Made by a program: the position numbers and the translations under genes
Part shown: positions 1 through 9,992 of the stretch, piece by piece
How the letters are laid out: every line of letters starts with the position of its first letter
Position numbering within the stretch: the first letter of the stretch is position 1
Source of the DNA: an uncultured Acidobacteriota bacterium
GTDB taxonomy: Bacteria > Acidobacteriota > Thermoanaerobaculia > Gp7-AA8
Reading direction: 5' to 3'
Length of the DNA stretch: 64,000 bases
NCBI GenBank assembly: GCA_963741955.1
Contig: CAVUKB010000004.1
Span: 641,194 to 705,193, forward strand
The notes under the pieces: model-generated
Databases searched by the model: none
The model's input: only the letters and a program-made list of their open reading frames with translations
Told to the model about the DNA's origin: nothing

Positions 1-357
1 GTCGACGTACACCAGCCGCCACATGGTTTTCACGATCTCGATCCGCTCCTGATGGGTGGTGTTCTTACGAACCATGTTGGTCAGGGCGAAGTGGTCGATC
101 GTCCGCGTGCGGAGCTGGTCTGCGGACTCGATCAGATCGCGCGCTTCCTCGTCCGTCAGGTCGAACGCGCTCTTCAGATAACCGGAGAGATTCTTCTCTT
201 CGGCCATGGAGAAAGACTGATCGGCGTAAGCGATCTCGAGCAGAATGCCGGCGGTCGCGAGTCTCAGCGACCGCTGTTTCGCATCGGTCTGCTGTTCGGC
301 GCGCCCCTCGGGACTGAGACGATCGCGGAGGGAGTTCATGAAGGATCCGATTGCCAT
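1..357 (-). CDS. TerB family tellurite-resistance-like protein (3' end runs off the window)
   Basis: Not in the ORF track; translated by hand from ATG 357: MAIGSFMNSLRDRLS...LATAGILLEIAYADQSFSMAEE...FDLTDEEARDLI...ERIEIVKTMWRLVYVD. Has the TerB-like 'EIAYAD' and 'WRLVYVD' repeats. Confidence 0.75.
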   Translation of the reverse strand, partial: MAIGSFMNSLRDRLSPEGRAEQQTDAKQRSLRLATAGILLEIAYADQSFSMAEEKNLSGYLKSAFDLTDEEARDLIESADQLRTRTIDHFALTNMVRKNTTHQERIEIVKTMWRLVYVD

Positions 358-522
358 GGGCAAAGTCTATCGGTTTGTCGAATCTTCGCCAACCATCTGG
401 AATTCCCCGGCGAAACCGGACGGTTGTCCGATTCGGGAACGAGAAGCAGGAGCGGGTCTTGCGTGACCCACGTTCTCAGACTACGACGCGTTCGGTGGAC
501 GAGCGCAATTCCGAGGAGAGCG

Positions 523-1032
523 ATGCCCAGGACTGATTTTCAGCAGGTTTCCGATTCCGCACGGGTGTGGGTGTTCGGCGCGGACACGCGCCTCGAGGGG
601 GAGACGGCATCCGGACTCCTCGAAGCGATGGACCGGTTCCTCGAGGAGTGGAACGCGCACGGGGCTCCAGTGACTGGAGCACGCGAGCTGCTGCACGGCT
701 GCTTTCTCCTCGTCGCAGCAGAGGAAGCCGACCTTCCCTCGGGATGCTCGATCGATTCGCTCTACCGGACGCTCGCGGAAGCCGGACAACGTCTCGGCGT
801 CTCGATGCTCCGCCCGCTCGTCTTTTACCGGACGCGCGAGGGCGAGATCCGCGGCGTCACCCGCGACGAATTTCGCCGGGAAGTGGAGCAGGGGAGAGTC
901 GATCTCGAGACGGAAGTTTTCGACACCACGATCGAATCGATGAAGCAGCTCCGAAGCGACGGTCTCGGCCGTCCTGCCGCTGAATCGTGGCACGCGACGG
1001 CGTTTCCGTTTCCGCAGAACGCGAAGCGGTGA
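523..1032 (+). CDS. Conserved hypothetical protein
   Basis: GAGGAG RBS before ATG 523. Protein-like motifs SARVWVF, WNAHG and PSGCSIDS. Confidence 0.75.
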   Translation: MPRTDFQQVSDSARVWVFGADTRLEGETASGLLEAMDRFLEEWNAHGAPVTGARELLHGCFLLVAAEEADLPSGCSIDSLYRTLAEAGQRLGVSMLRPLVFYRTREGEIRGVTRDEFRREVEQGRVDLETEVFDTTIESMKQLRSDGLGRPAAESWHATAFPFPQNAKR

Positions 1033-1748
1033 TCGCCGTCCTGTCGTTCGGGGAGAGGGGAGGATGAGGCGCCTCCGAAAGTCGGACTCGACTCCTCAGC
1101 CACTTGCTTCATCCCAACGCAGCATCGTCCGCTCGGCTCGAAGGACCGCGGGCTTCCGAACCGGCTGCGGTCAGGCTTCGCCGTGTGGCCGAACTTTCGA
1201 ATCTCGGCGGCGTGGGCGGCGGACTGCCGATCACCGGCATTCTGGAGTTTCCGATGAGCGACTACATCGACGGCGACGACGCGCCGCTGGTCGCACCCGA
1301 TCTCGATCCGCAGATCGTTCTTCCCTGACGATCCATCGCATCCCCGGGCCACCCTCGGCCCACGAAATCACTAAGAGCGACCGTCGCGCTCGCAGCAGGA
1401 GCATACGCGGGGTCGGGTGGTGGAAAGGAGCGAGCTCCAGAGACGGAGCGATGTGCGGTCATGTCGACGAGAGCTCGTGCAGTCGCGCCGTGGTTGTGTG
1501 GCGGCCCAACGCAGCAGCGGGCCGGCCGGCGCGGGTGGGCGGGTGTGGGAAGCGCCGGCCAGAAGCGGAGCGCGGCGAGGAGAGAGCGAGGGGGCGCGCG
1601 TGGGTGTGAAGCGAACGCTCGCCGCGCGGAGCGACGCGCGCGCAGACGGCGCCAGCCGGCGAGCACGCGCGGCCCGCGGCCACCCGCCACGAGCGAGGTT
1701 TTCCGCGGGACAGGGCGGTGGACCGTACGAGCGACGCGGAACCAGTCG

Positions 1749-1849
1749 GCCTAATCCCGCGTTCGCCGGCGCGGCACCGCACGCGCTCTCGCGTGCAACT
1801 GCCAGCACGAGCGACGCGGTGCCGTGTCCGGCGCAACGCTGGATCAGGC
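1749..1849 (-). other. Degenerate attC-like imperfect palindrome (101 bp)
   Basis: Minus strand: GCCTGAT-N5-GTTGCGCC...GGCGAAC-N5-ATTAGGC, matching R''/L''/L'/R' geometry with non-canonical core triplets. Confidence 0.45.
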
Positions 1850-2022
1850 CGACCCACCGGCGCAGAACGTACGACCGAACGGTCGGGCGGCGGAACGATC
1901 GATTCACGCTGCACCAAGCGTGGCGCGCCGCTTGCCCGCCGCACTGCCGCTCACCTTTTCGCGGCGGCCTGCAAGCGGCGCGACACGCGAATCACAGGCG
2001 TGACTCGCGCCATCGACATGCT

Positions 2023-2328
2023 TCAATCAAAAGGTTTAAGCAGACTCTTTGCTTCCGACTCTCGTAAGAACCGAGAAAACAGCTCGGCCCCATCTCGAAG
2101 CTCTCCTTCGATTTGGCACAACCGTTCAACGCGCACGAACTCCCATCGAACAGTGCCGGAACTCGTTTGATATTCGTGCTCGTACTCCCGGCCAAGCGCT
2201 TCCCCGCGCTGTTGCGCCATGTCCTCATCCGAGACATTCATCAGCACAATTCTGTCTTGCCACAGCCAATCGGAATCCCGATCAGTCGGATGCACTGCAC
2301 GGAAGAGCAAACTCGCCGAGTACCACAT
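2023..2328 (-). CDS. DUF4288-like protein, putative Rhs immunity protein
   Basis: MWYSASLLF...WQDRIVL...VRWEFVRV...DGAELFSRF. Starts 3 nt after the Rhs stop; lower GC than the flanks. Confidence 0.75.
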   Translation of the reverse strand: MWYSASLLFRAVHPTDRDSDWLWQDRIVLMNVSDEDMAQQRGEALGREYEHEYQTSSGTVRWEFVRVERLCQIEGELRDGAELFSRFLRESEAKSLLKPFD

Positions 2329-2331
2329 GCA

Positions 2332-3978
2332 TCACTTCCTAAGTCTCGAGTCGGAAAGCAACTTCTTCGCAGTCTGTGCGGCCTTATTGCCCTCGCGAGC
2401 TTCCTTCCATATTTGCGAGAGGCTTTTCTCCCGCAACTGCTCCGGAAATTCTCGGTTGATGGATCCTTTACATTCCTTCGAAATGACGTCTTTGGCCTTC
2501 GATCTAAAACGCTGAAGTGCTTTCTGTGCCGCCGCGCGCAGCTTGTCTGGAAGCGTTTCGCCCGCTTCGTCCAAGATCTGAGCAATTTCGTCGGCGTCAC
2601 CTCGTGCGATCGCCTCCTGCATACTTCGACTGACCGAATCCATCTCGAGACCGGATGGATCAAAGAAGTTGACCGGGTCGCCGTCACAATACTGGTAGAT
2701 GTTTGCGGTCCAATCGTAGAAGCTTCGACTGTTGCCCCAGAAGAGAAGCGGATCCTTGGATGTCCATCGTCCCGTATGCGGGTCGTAGTCCCTAGCGCCG
2801 AACCTTACGAGCCCCGTGTCCCGATCGTAGAGTCCACCGGCGAACCCGAAAGGCTGGAAGCCGGGGTTGGAGTCGGATCGTACGTTCCCGAATTCGTCGT
2901 AATCGACGGAGTCCGTGATGGTGCCGGTCGTGGTGTCGAGGACGTATCGGACGCTTCCGAGGTGATCCACGACCAGACGGTACGTAGTGCCACCGGCGAT
3001 CATGAGGTCTGGGACATTCGCGCGGGTCGCATAGACGAACCGCTTCGTGATTGTCCCCGTGCCGTCGGTTTGGGCTGCGATCTGGAGCTGGTTGCGCCAG
3101 AGCCAACCCTGGAGGAGCGTGCCGTTCACCTTCTTTCCGACGCGGCGGTTCAGGCCGTCGATCACATATTCGATGACCGTGCCGTCGGCTTTGGTGACCT
3201 TGAGGAGGTTCCCGAGCTCATCGTACGAGTACGACGTCGTCCCGGTGGTGTCGGTCTTCGTCGCGAGCTCGCCGTTGGGAGCGTACGTGTAGGTCGTGCC
3301 GTCCGAGCTGGAGATGAGCCGGTCCTGGTCATCGACGGTGTACGTGATGGTTCCTGACGTGGTGGTCTTCGCTTTCCGGTTGCCGTTGTCGTCGTACTGG
3401 TACTCCGCGTCGAGCTGTCCGTTCGTGTACGCCTTCCAGAGCCGTCCGGCGGTGTCGTAGTCGAAGTTCCTGGTGAACGTGAGCCCGTACCGGCTCTCGT
3501 CGATCTGCGTGATCCGTCCGCCGTCGTCGCGCGTGAAGGACTCGCCGAAAGCCGGCGAGCCTTTGGCCGTGTACTGATCCGTATGCGGTTCGGCGTACCC
3601 GTTCCACCCGATCGTCTCGTCGATGATGCCGGCCGTGGTGCCGCTCGGCAGGCCGTTGCCCGGATCGCGGGTGATGGTGAGCGGGCCGGCGGTGGTGAGG
3701 AGCGAGTCGGGATCGTACCCGTAGGTGGTGGTGTTGCCGGCGAGCGTTTCGGTGTGGAGGCGGAAGTCGTTGTCGTACGTCCACCCGATGCTGCCGCTGA
3801 TGGTTCCGGTCGTGGTTTCGCTGGTCACGAGGCTTCCATCATACCCGAACGTGGTCGAGGCGCCTTCGGGCGCAGTGACGGTCTCGAGGTTTCCGCTCGT
3901 GCCCTCGTACGCGTAATCGTAGGTTCCTCTGCCGATGGTGAGGGTCGAGAGGCGATTGCCGAAGTACCCGAAGCCCAC
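2332..3978 (-). CDS. RHS/YD-repeat protein with Rhs core and C-terminal toxin tip (N-terminally truncated)
   Basis: YD repeats; core DHLGS...YDEFG...FGFAGGLYD...FGARDYDP; PxxxxDPxGL (PVNFFDPSGL) then a ~105-aa tip. Frame stays YD-like to ~4080 with no start codon. Confidence 0.9.
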   Translation of the reverse strand: MGFGYFGNRLSTLTIGRGTYDYAYEGTSGNLETVTAPEGASTTFGYDGSLVTSETTTGTISGSIGWTYDNDFRLHTETLAGNTTTYGYDPDSLLTTAGPLTITRDPGNGLPSGTTAGIIDETIGWNGYAEPHTDQYTAKGSPAFGESFTRDDGGRITQIDESRYGLTFTRNFDYDTAGRLWKAYTNGQLDAEYQYDDNGNRKAKTTTSGTITYTVDDQDRLISSSDGTTYTYAPNGELATKTDTTGTTSYSYDELGNLLKVTKADGTVIEYVIDGLNRRVGKKVNGTLLQGWLWRNQLQIAAQTDGTGTITKRFVYATRANVPDLMIAGGTTYRLVVDHLGSVRYVLDTTTGTITDSVDYDEFGNVRSDSNPGFQPFGFAGGLYDRDTGLVRFGARDYDPHTGRWTSKDPLLFWGNSRSFYDWTANIYQYCDGDPVNFFDPSGLEMDSVSRSMQEAIARGDADEIAQILDEAGETLPDKLRAAAQKALQRFRSKAKDVISKECKGSINREFPEQLREKSLSQIWKEAREGNKAAQTAKKLLSDSRLRK

Positions 3979-4239
3979 GGTCTTGCCGTCGGGGCGATTG
4001 ATGGTCTGGAGGCGGTGGTCGTTGTCGTAGTGGTACGTGGTGCTGCCGCCGCTCGGGATGCTCGGCGGGTCGTACGTTTGGACGAAGTCATCAAGATCAC
4101 TCAGGATACGAGCCTGAGTCTCAGGTCTGCCCGTGGTCTACGCCGGCATCGCGAATCGGGTGACCGGCGTAGCTCTTCTTCGCACGCTCACAGGCGAGGT
4201 TGGCCTGTTCAGCCGACCGGCGGACGGTGTCGATTCGCC

Positions 4240-4365
4240 TGCGATCTTCCTGAGTAAAGAGACGCGAACCAACCGCAGCGCGAGAGGAACGGGTGGCGCG
4301 TCGTTGCCGCCATCGCTTGCCGGCGCGACGCCGCCAAGCCTCGTGCGAGACGCACGACCCACTCG
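4240..4365 (+). repeat. Diverged single copy of the ~243-bp repeat family
   Basis: GTTGCCGCCATCGCT...AGCCTCGTGCGAGACGCACGACCCAC resembles GTTGCCGCCATCGCT...AGCCTCGCGCGAGACGCGCGACCCAC at 15450-15510. Confidence 0.65.
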
Positions 4366-4379
4366 CCGAGGCTTGCGCA

Positions 4380-7300
4380 TCAGCTCTGGGCGCGTTCACC
4401 GGTGATCGACCAGATCGCCAGGGCCTTCTGTTCCGTCTCGTGCCGGTGATGGGATCCCGTCGCCGGTGACGCGCTGACCGGACGCCCGACGTAGTGGAGC
4501 TTCTCCTGACCGACCATCTGGAGGAGGCGCTCCTTCACGAAGTCCCACCCCCCCATGTTGCGCGGCTCTTCCTGCGTCCACGCGATCGATCTCGCGTTCC
4601 GGTATTTCGCGAAAATCTCGTCGAGCATCGCTTCGGGAAAGGGATAGAACTGCTCGAGCCGCACGACGGCGACGTCGTCCCGCCCGAGCTCGTCCTTCGC
4701 CGACGCGAGATCGTAGTAGACCTTCCCCGAAGCGAGCACGATCCGGGTGACCGCATTCGCCGCAGCTTCGTCCGCGGCCGCGAGCTTCGGATCGTCGAGC
4801 ACCGGCTCGAAACGCCCCTGCAGGAGCTCCGAGCTCTGCGAGACGGCGGCCGGATGACGGAGGAGCGACTTCGGCGTGGTGATGATCAACGGTTTCCGCG
4901 GCTGCACCCGCACCTGCCTCCGCAACAGATGAAAGTACTGCGCGGGAGTGCTCGGATTCGCGACCTGCATGTTTCCTTCCGCGCAGAGCGTGAGGAAGCG
5001 CTCGAGCCGGGCACTGGAATGCTCCGGCCCCTGGCCTTCGTATCCGTGAGGGAGAAGGAGCACCAGCCCGCTGTGCTGATCCCATTTCTCCTCGGCACTG
5101 GAGATGAACTGGTCGATGATGATCTGCGCGCCGTTCATGAAGTCGCCGAACTGCGCCTCCCAGAGAACGAGGGCAGTCTTGTCGACGACGGAGTATCCGT
5201 ACTCGAAACCGAGTGCTCCGTATTCGGAGAGGAGGGAATCGTAGACGGCGAACGTGATCGGGCCGGCACTCTGAGCGACTTCGCCATTCGGCAGCTCGAC
5301 CGATTCTTCGCGGTTCGCGAGCTGGTTGAGCGGGATGAAGCGCTCACCGCTCTCGTAGTCGTAGAAGATCGCGTGGCGCTGGGAGAAGGTGCCGCGTGCG
5401 CTGTCCTGACCGCTGAGACGCACTCGATGTCCCTCGAGCAGGAGTGAGCCGAACGCGATCGATTCGGCGGTCGCCCAGTCGAGAGGATCGTTCCCTTCGA
5501 CCATCGACGCGCGCCTCTTGACGAAAGGCTTGAGTTTCGGATGCAGGGTGAACGTTTCGGGGACGGTGGTGAGAGCTTCTCCGATCCGCCGCAACTCGTC
5601 CGTCTCGATGCCGGTATCGGGCGACGGCTCGTTCTGCAGTCCGGTGATCTCTTCGTCACTCCAGAGCGGTCGGTGAGCCTCGGGCGGTTTTCCCTCCCCG
5701 TGAGTCTTGTCGAATGCTTCCTGGAGTCGCTGGCGGAACGAGTCGAGCCACTGCTCGGCTTCCTGCGGTCCGAGATCTCCCTTGCGCAGGAGCGATTCGG
5801 TGTAGAGCTTCCGGACCGAGCGATGATCCTTGATCAGCTTGTACATCTTCGGCTGGGTGAGCGACGGATCGTCCGCCTCGTTGTGGCCGTGCCGGCGGTA
5901 GCAGATCATGTCGATGACCACGTCCTTCTTGAACTGCTGCCGGTACTCGAACGCGAGCTTCACTACGCGGATGCACGCTTCGGGATCGTCGCCGTTGACG
6001 TGGAAGATCGGTGCCTGAACCATCTTCGCGACGTCGGTCGCATAGACGGTCGAGCGGGCGGACTCCGGTCCGGTGGTGAACCCGATCTGGTTGTTCACCA
6101 CGATGTGGATCGTTCCGCCGGTGCGGTAGCCCTTGAGCTGCGAAAGGTTCAGCGTTTCCGCGACCACGCCCTGGCCGGCGAACGCGGCGTCGCCGTGGAG
6201 GAGGATCGACATGACGCGACGGCGCTCGGTATCCCGAAGGAGTTTCTGCGTGGCGCGCGTCATTCCTTCCACGATCGGATCGACCGCTTCGAGATGGCTG
6301 GGATTCGAAGCAAGGGTGATCCCCACTTCTCGTGACGAGGGGGCGACGTGGGTGCCGCGCGCGCCGAGGTGGTACTTGACGTCGCCCGATCCCTGGGTGG
6401 TGTTCGGATCGATGTCGCCTTCGAATTCGTAGAAGATCTTCTCGTACGACTTTCCGACGATGTTGGCGAGCACGTTCAGACGTCCGCGATGGGACATCCC
6501 GAGCACGACTTCTTTCATCTCGCTGTCGGCGGCCTCGGAGAGGAGTGCGTCGAGCATCGGGACGAGGGTCTCGGCTCCTTCCAGTGAGAAGCGCTTGTGC
6601 CCCACGTACTTGGTGTGGAGGAACTTCTCGAAGGCCTCGGCGTCGTTGAGCTTCAGGAGAATCCGTCGCTTCGTGGCATCGTCGAGGGGAGTGCCGTTGC
6701 GCGACGGCTCCATCCGTTCCTGCAGCCACTTCTTCTCGACCGGATTCTGGATGTGCATGTACTCCGGGCCGATCTTCCCGCAGTAAGTCTCACGGAGTAC
6801 GTCGAGGATCTCGCGGAGCCTGGCCTTCGGTTTTCCCGACAGGCCCCCGGTGATGAACTCACGATCGAGATCCCAGATGGTCAGCTTGTAGTAGATCGGA
6901 TTGAGCTCTGCATGGTGACCGACATGGTATTCGAGCGGGTCGAGATCACCGAGCAGATGTCCGCGTACGCGGTACGCGTTGATCATCTGCAGCACGCCTG
7001 CTTCCTTGCGGATGACTTCTTCACTCCGGGCGCCGGAGAGGAATGAGACGCCGAGATCTCGGGACCAGGAGACCGGCTCGTAGGGAATCCGGAGATCGCG
7101 GAAGATCTCGTCGTAGAAGTTGTCGGTTCCGAGAAGGAGGGCGTGAATGCGGGCGAGAAACTGTCCCGATTCTGCCCCCTGGATGATCCGATGATCGTAG
7201 GTGCTGGTCATCGTCATCACTTTCGAAATTCCGATCTCCGCGGCGACCCGGGGATCCGTGCCGGCGTATTCGGGGGGGAAGTCGATCTGGCCCGTGGCGA

Positions 7301-8111
7301 TGATGCTGCCCTGACCCTGCATCAGCCGGGGGATGGACGAGACGGTGCCGATCGTGCCGGGGTTGGTGAGGGAGATCGTGGTTCCTTCGAAGTCCGGGAT
7401 CTGAAGGGATCCGCTGCGCGCCTTCCGGACGAGATCGTTGTAGCTCCGGAGGAAGTGCCAGAAATCGAGACTCTGAGCGTTCTTGACGTTCGGGACGAGA
7501 AGCGATCGCGATCCATCCTTCTTTTCGACGTCGATCGCGATGCCGAAGTTGACGTGATCGCGATCGATGCGGACCGGCTGACCGTCTTCCATCGCGAAGG
7601 AGGAGTTCATCCGCGGAAATTCGTTCAGGGACTTCACGATGGCCCAGGCGATGATGTGAGTGAACGAAGCCTTCGGCTGTCCGATCAGCGAAAGGTGCTG
7701 GTTGATGATGCGGCGGTTCTCCTCGAGCACCTTGACCGGGATGTTTCGTACCGAAGTCGCAGTGGGTACGGTGAGCGAAGCCTCCATGTTCTGAACGATG
7801 CGAGCGGGTGCGCCGCGCAGAGGAGTCAGTGTGCCGGACGGAGGGACTGCTGCGGGAGCGGGCACCGGAGCGAGCGCGGGACGCGCCTGTACCGGAGCGG
7901 GACGGCTCGGAATCGGAGCGTGCATCACCGTTCTGGCGGGTTGCGGCGTCTCCTCCTCAGGCTGGCCGTCGGGACCGGGCTGCTCTTCGGGGACGTAGTC
8001 CTGAAAGAACTCCCTCCAGCTCTCACTGACCGAGGAGGGGTCGTGCTGATACTTCTCGAAGAGCTCTTCGATGAAGGCGATGTTCGTACCGTACGGTGAT
8101 GCAGTCGACAT
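4380..8111 (-). CDS. sucA: Multifunctional 2-oxoglutarate dehydrogenase E1/decarboxylase with N-terminal succinyltransferase domain (Kgd/OdhA type)
   Basis: E2-like TYDHRIIQGAE; KRFSLEG, GMSHRGRLN, GDVKYHLG, HGDAAFAGQG (TPP), WEAQFGDF, PHGYEGQGPEHSS. Start MSTASPYGTN. Confidence 0.95.
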   Translation of the reverse strand: MSTASPYGTNIAFIEELFEKYQHDPSSVSESWREFFQDYVPEEQPGPDGQPEEETPQPARTVMHAPIPSRPAPVQARPALAPVPAPAAVPPSGTLTPLRGAPARIVQNMEASLTVPTATSVRNIPVKVLEENRRIINQHLSLIGQPKASFTHIIAWAIVKSLNEFPRMNSSFAMEDGQPVRIDRDHVNFGIAIDVEKKDGSRSLLVPNVKNAQSLDFWHFLRSYNDLVRKARSGSLQIPDFEGTTISLTNPGTIGTVSSIPRLMQGQGSIIATGQIDFPPEYAGTDPRVAAEIGISKVMTMTSTYDHRIIQGAESGQFLARIHALLLGTDNFYDEIFRDLRIPYEPVSWSRDLGVSFLSGARSEEVIRKEAGVLQMINAYRVRGHLLGDLDPLEYHVGHHAELNPIYYKLTIWDLDREFITGGLSGKPKARLREILDVLRETYCGKIGPEYMHIQNPVEKKWLQERMEPSRNGTPLDDATKRRILLKLNDAEAFEKFLHTKYVGHKRFSLEGAETLVPMLDALLSEAADSEMKEVVLGMSHRGRLNVLANIVGKSYEKIFYEFEGDIDPNTTQGSGDVKYHLGARGTHVAPSSREVGITLASNPSHLEAVDPIVEGMTRATQKLLRDTERRRVMSILLHGDAAFAGQGVVAETLNLSQLKGYRTGGTIHIVVNNQIGFTTGPESARSTVYATDVAKMVQAPIFHVNGDDPEACIRVVKLAFEYRQQFKKDVVIDMICYRRHGHNEADDPSLTQPKMYKLIKDHRSVRKLYTESLLRKGDLGPQEAEQWLDSFRQRLQEAFDKTHGEGKPPEAHRPLWSDEEITGLQNEPSPDTGIETDELRRIGEALTTVPETFTLHPKLKPFVKRRASMVEGNDPLDWATAESIAFGSLLLEGHRVRLSGQDSARGTFSQRHAIFYDYESGERFIPLNQLANREESVELPNGEVAQSAGPITFAVYDSLLSEYGALGFEYGYSVVDKTALVLWEAQFGDFMNGAQIIIDQFISSAEEKWDQHSGLVLLLPHGYEGQGPEHSSARLERFLTLCAEGNMQVANPSTPAQYFHLLRRQVRVQPRKPLIITTPKSLLRHPAAVSQSSELLQGRFEPVLDDPKLAAADEAAANAVTRIVLASGKVYYDLASAKDELGRDDVAVVRLEQFYPFPEAMLDEIFAKYRNARSIAWTQEEPRNMGGWDFVKERLLQMVGQEKLHYVGRPVSASPATGSHHRHETEQKALAIWSITGERAQS

Positions 8112-8207
8112 GAGGAATCCTTCGTAACGCTCTGAATACAAAAACAACTGAGTCGCCGCGCCGATCATTTCGCCCGCCGGCAACGGCATTCGGGCTCCGC
8201 GCTTCGA

Positions 8208-8942
8208 TCATGCCCCGATCGCGCGTGTGCGTGCAGTTCGCCTCTGTTGGCTCCGGTCGAAAAACGTGTGTGACAGCGCGGTCAGTCCGAGCCAGCCGAA
8301 GCCGGCAGCGAAGCCGCCGAGCACGTCCGAAGGGAAGTGAACCCGAAAATAGATCCGGGAGAATCCGACCGAAAGGATCACGATGGCTGACACCGAGTGC
8401 GCGCACAGCTGTACGATCGTCGAACGTGATTCTACAAGATGATGCGCCACGATCGGATAGGTAGCGGCGGAAAGGAGCGAATGTCCGCTCGGAAAGCTGT
8501 GCGAGCGGGGAAGCTTGATCTGTCGGTAGAGCTCCTGCGGGCGCTCGCGCTGGAAGATCGCCTTGAGGGCCGAGTTGAGCGCCAGCGCTCCTCCCGTGCT
8601 GATCAGCACCGTCCACGCGTCCTGAGCTTTCCCTTTGCGAATCATCGCCAGTGCGGTCAGACCGGTGGCGGTGATGATGGCGGGATGAGAGCCGAGATGG
8701 GTGACGAGCTCCATCGCCTCGAGAACGCTCTCGTTGTCGAGGGTGCCCACTGCTTCCAGAATCGCGCCGTCGTAAACGTCCGCCTTTCCGGTCACCACCC
8801 GTTTCGCCTGATGGCGGAAGAACCAGAAAGCGACGCTCGCAAGAGCGATTCCGCCGCTGATGCCGATAGCACTGGGGAGAAAACGCTGCCGTCTTTTCGG
8901 CCTCATCTTCTTTGGCTGCTGCGGCCTCTTCTCGTGATTCAC
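8208..8942 (-). CDS. PAP2 family phosphatase (membrane)
   Basis: KxxxxRxRP, SFPSGH and SRIYFRVHFPSD motifs; TM segments. Confidence 0.9.
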   Translation of the reverse strand: MNHEKRPQQPKKMRPKRRQRFLPSAIGISGGIALASVAFWFFRHQAKRVVTGKADVYDGAILEAVGTLDNESVLEAMELVTHLGSHPAIITATGLTALAMIRKGKAQDAWTVLISTGGALALNSALKAIFQRERPQELYRQIKLPRSHSFPSGHSLLSAATYPIVAHHLVESRSTIVQLCAHSVSAIVILSVGFSRIYFRVHFPSDVLGGFAAGFGWLGLTALSHTFFDRSQQRRTARTRAIGA

Positions 8943-9001
8943 GAATCCCTTACCTTTCGCTGGAGAGGCTCGAGAGTCGAGATCGTGAAGCGAGGAGGAA
9001 T

Positions 9002-9082
9002 CCTTCGTTGCCGAAGCCGTGCGCGCCTTCCATCCAAGCCACTCTCCGCCTCCTCGTGACGAGACGGTGTGAGAAATGCGGG
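9002..9082. mobile_element. Right half of MITE family A
   Basis: Near-identical to 49424-49503, ending GTGAGAAATGCGGG. Confidence 0.75.
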
Positions 9083-9140
9083 CTGGGGGCAGGGTCTTTC
9101 ATCACGCCGGAACGATACCAGATCCTGAGATCCGAGCGAA

Positions 9141-9992
9141 TCACCGCGTGTACACGAGAAAACGGTGTGCGGGTTTCGCGCCGACTCTCCGATACATCGA
9201 AGTTTCCGCGACCCACGGAATGATCGCTTCCTGGTAGCCACGCGCGGAGAGCTCGCCCAGAACCCGGGAGAGGAGAGCCGAACCGATCCCACAGCCGCGC
9301 GCCGCTCGAATGGTTCCGGTCGGGCCGAACCCACCGAGTCCGTGATTGTTCGCGTCCCCCGCGGCGAACGCCACGTAGCTCCCCGAGCGCCCGGCGACGT
9401 GGAGGATCGGATCGGGGTGATCGAGAGCGCGGAGAGCCTCGAGCGCCCACGCTCTCCCGAATTGCTCTTCGATGAACCGCCGGATGGCATCCCGCTCGTG
9501 CGTCCCGGCCCGGCGGATGACGATCGTCGCGTCGGGGAGAGGTCCGGGTTGTTCCCTTGGAGGGAGCGGGAGAACGAGGTCGATGTTGAGGCGGTCGCTC
9601 GGGCGGAAGCCGCGGGCGTGGAAGAAAGAGGTCGACTCGAAGTCGTCGCTCGCAACGCCGGGAGTGAAGTAGTTGCCCGGCTCCGCGCCGACGGTCTCGC
9701 ACGGGCCGACCGCTTCCAGAAGGGAAGAGCCGATGCCTTCCCGCCGTGCGTCCCGGGCCACGAGGAGGAGGCGGAGAAAGCGACCGCAGCGGACCGCCAT
9801 TCCGACGCATTTGCCGTTTCGGAACGCGCCGAGCGTCTCCGGTTCGCCGCTCACCCCCGGCCCGAAGATCTTCTCGTCGAGCACGGCTGCGAGGTCGTAG
9901 GGACCTTCGTTCGATTCGCGAGCGAGGGAGAGGAGAGACGACAGATCGGATCGGTCGAGGCGGCGGATCGTGGAGCCGGAATGTAGAGGCAT
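9141..9992 (-). CDS. Tandem GNAT family N-acetyltransferase
   Basis: Two acetyl-CoA motifs, ARREGIGSSLL and ARGCGIGSALL. Confidence 0.85.
   Translation of the reverse strand: MPLHSGSTIRRLDRSDLSSLLSLARESNEGPYDLAAVLDEKIFGPGVSGEPETLGAFRNGKCVGMAVRCGRFLRLLLVARDARREGIGSSLLEAVGPCETVGAEPGNYFTPGVASDDFESTSFFHARGFRPSDRLNIDLVLPLPPREQPGPLPDATIVIRRAGTHERDAIRRFIEEQFGRAWALEALRALDHPDPILHVAGRSGSYVAFAAGDANNHGLGGFGPTGTIRAARGCGIGSALLSRVLGELSARGYQEAIIPWVAETSMYRRVGAKPAHRFLVYTR

Noticed and set aside
1064-2020. Overlapping Arg/Ala-rich ORFs, including 1104-1328
   Set aside because: No motifs or clear RBS; the region is dominated by palindromic non-coding sequence.
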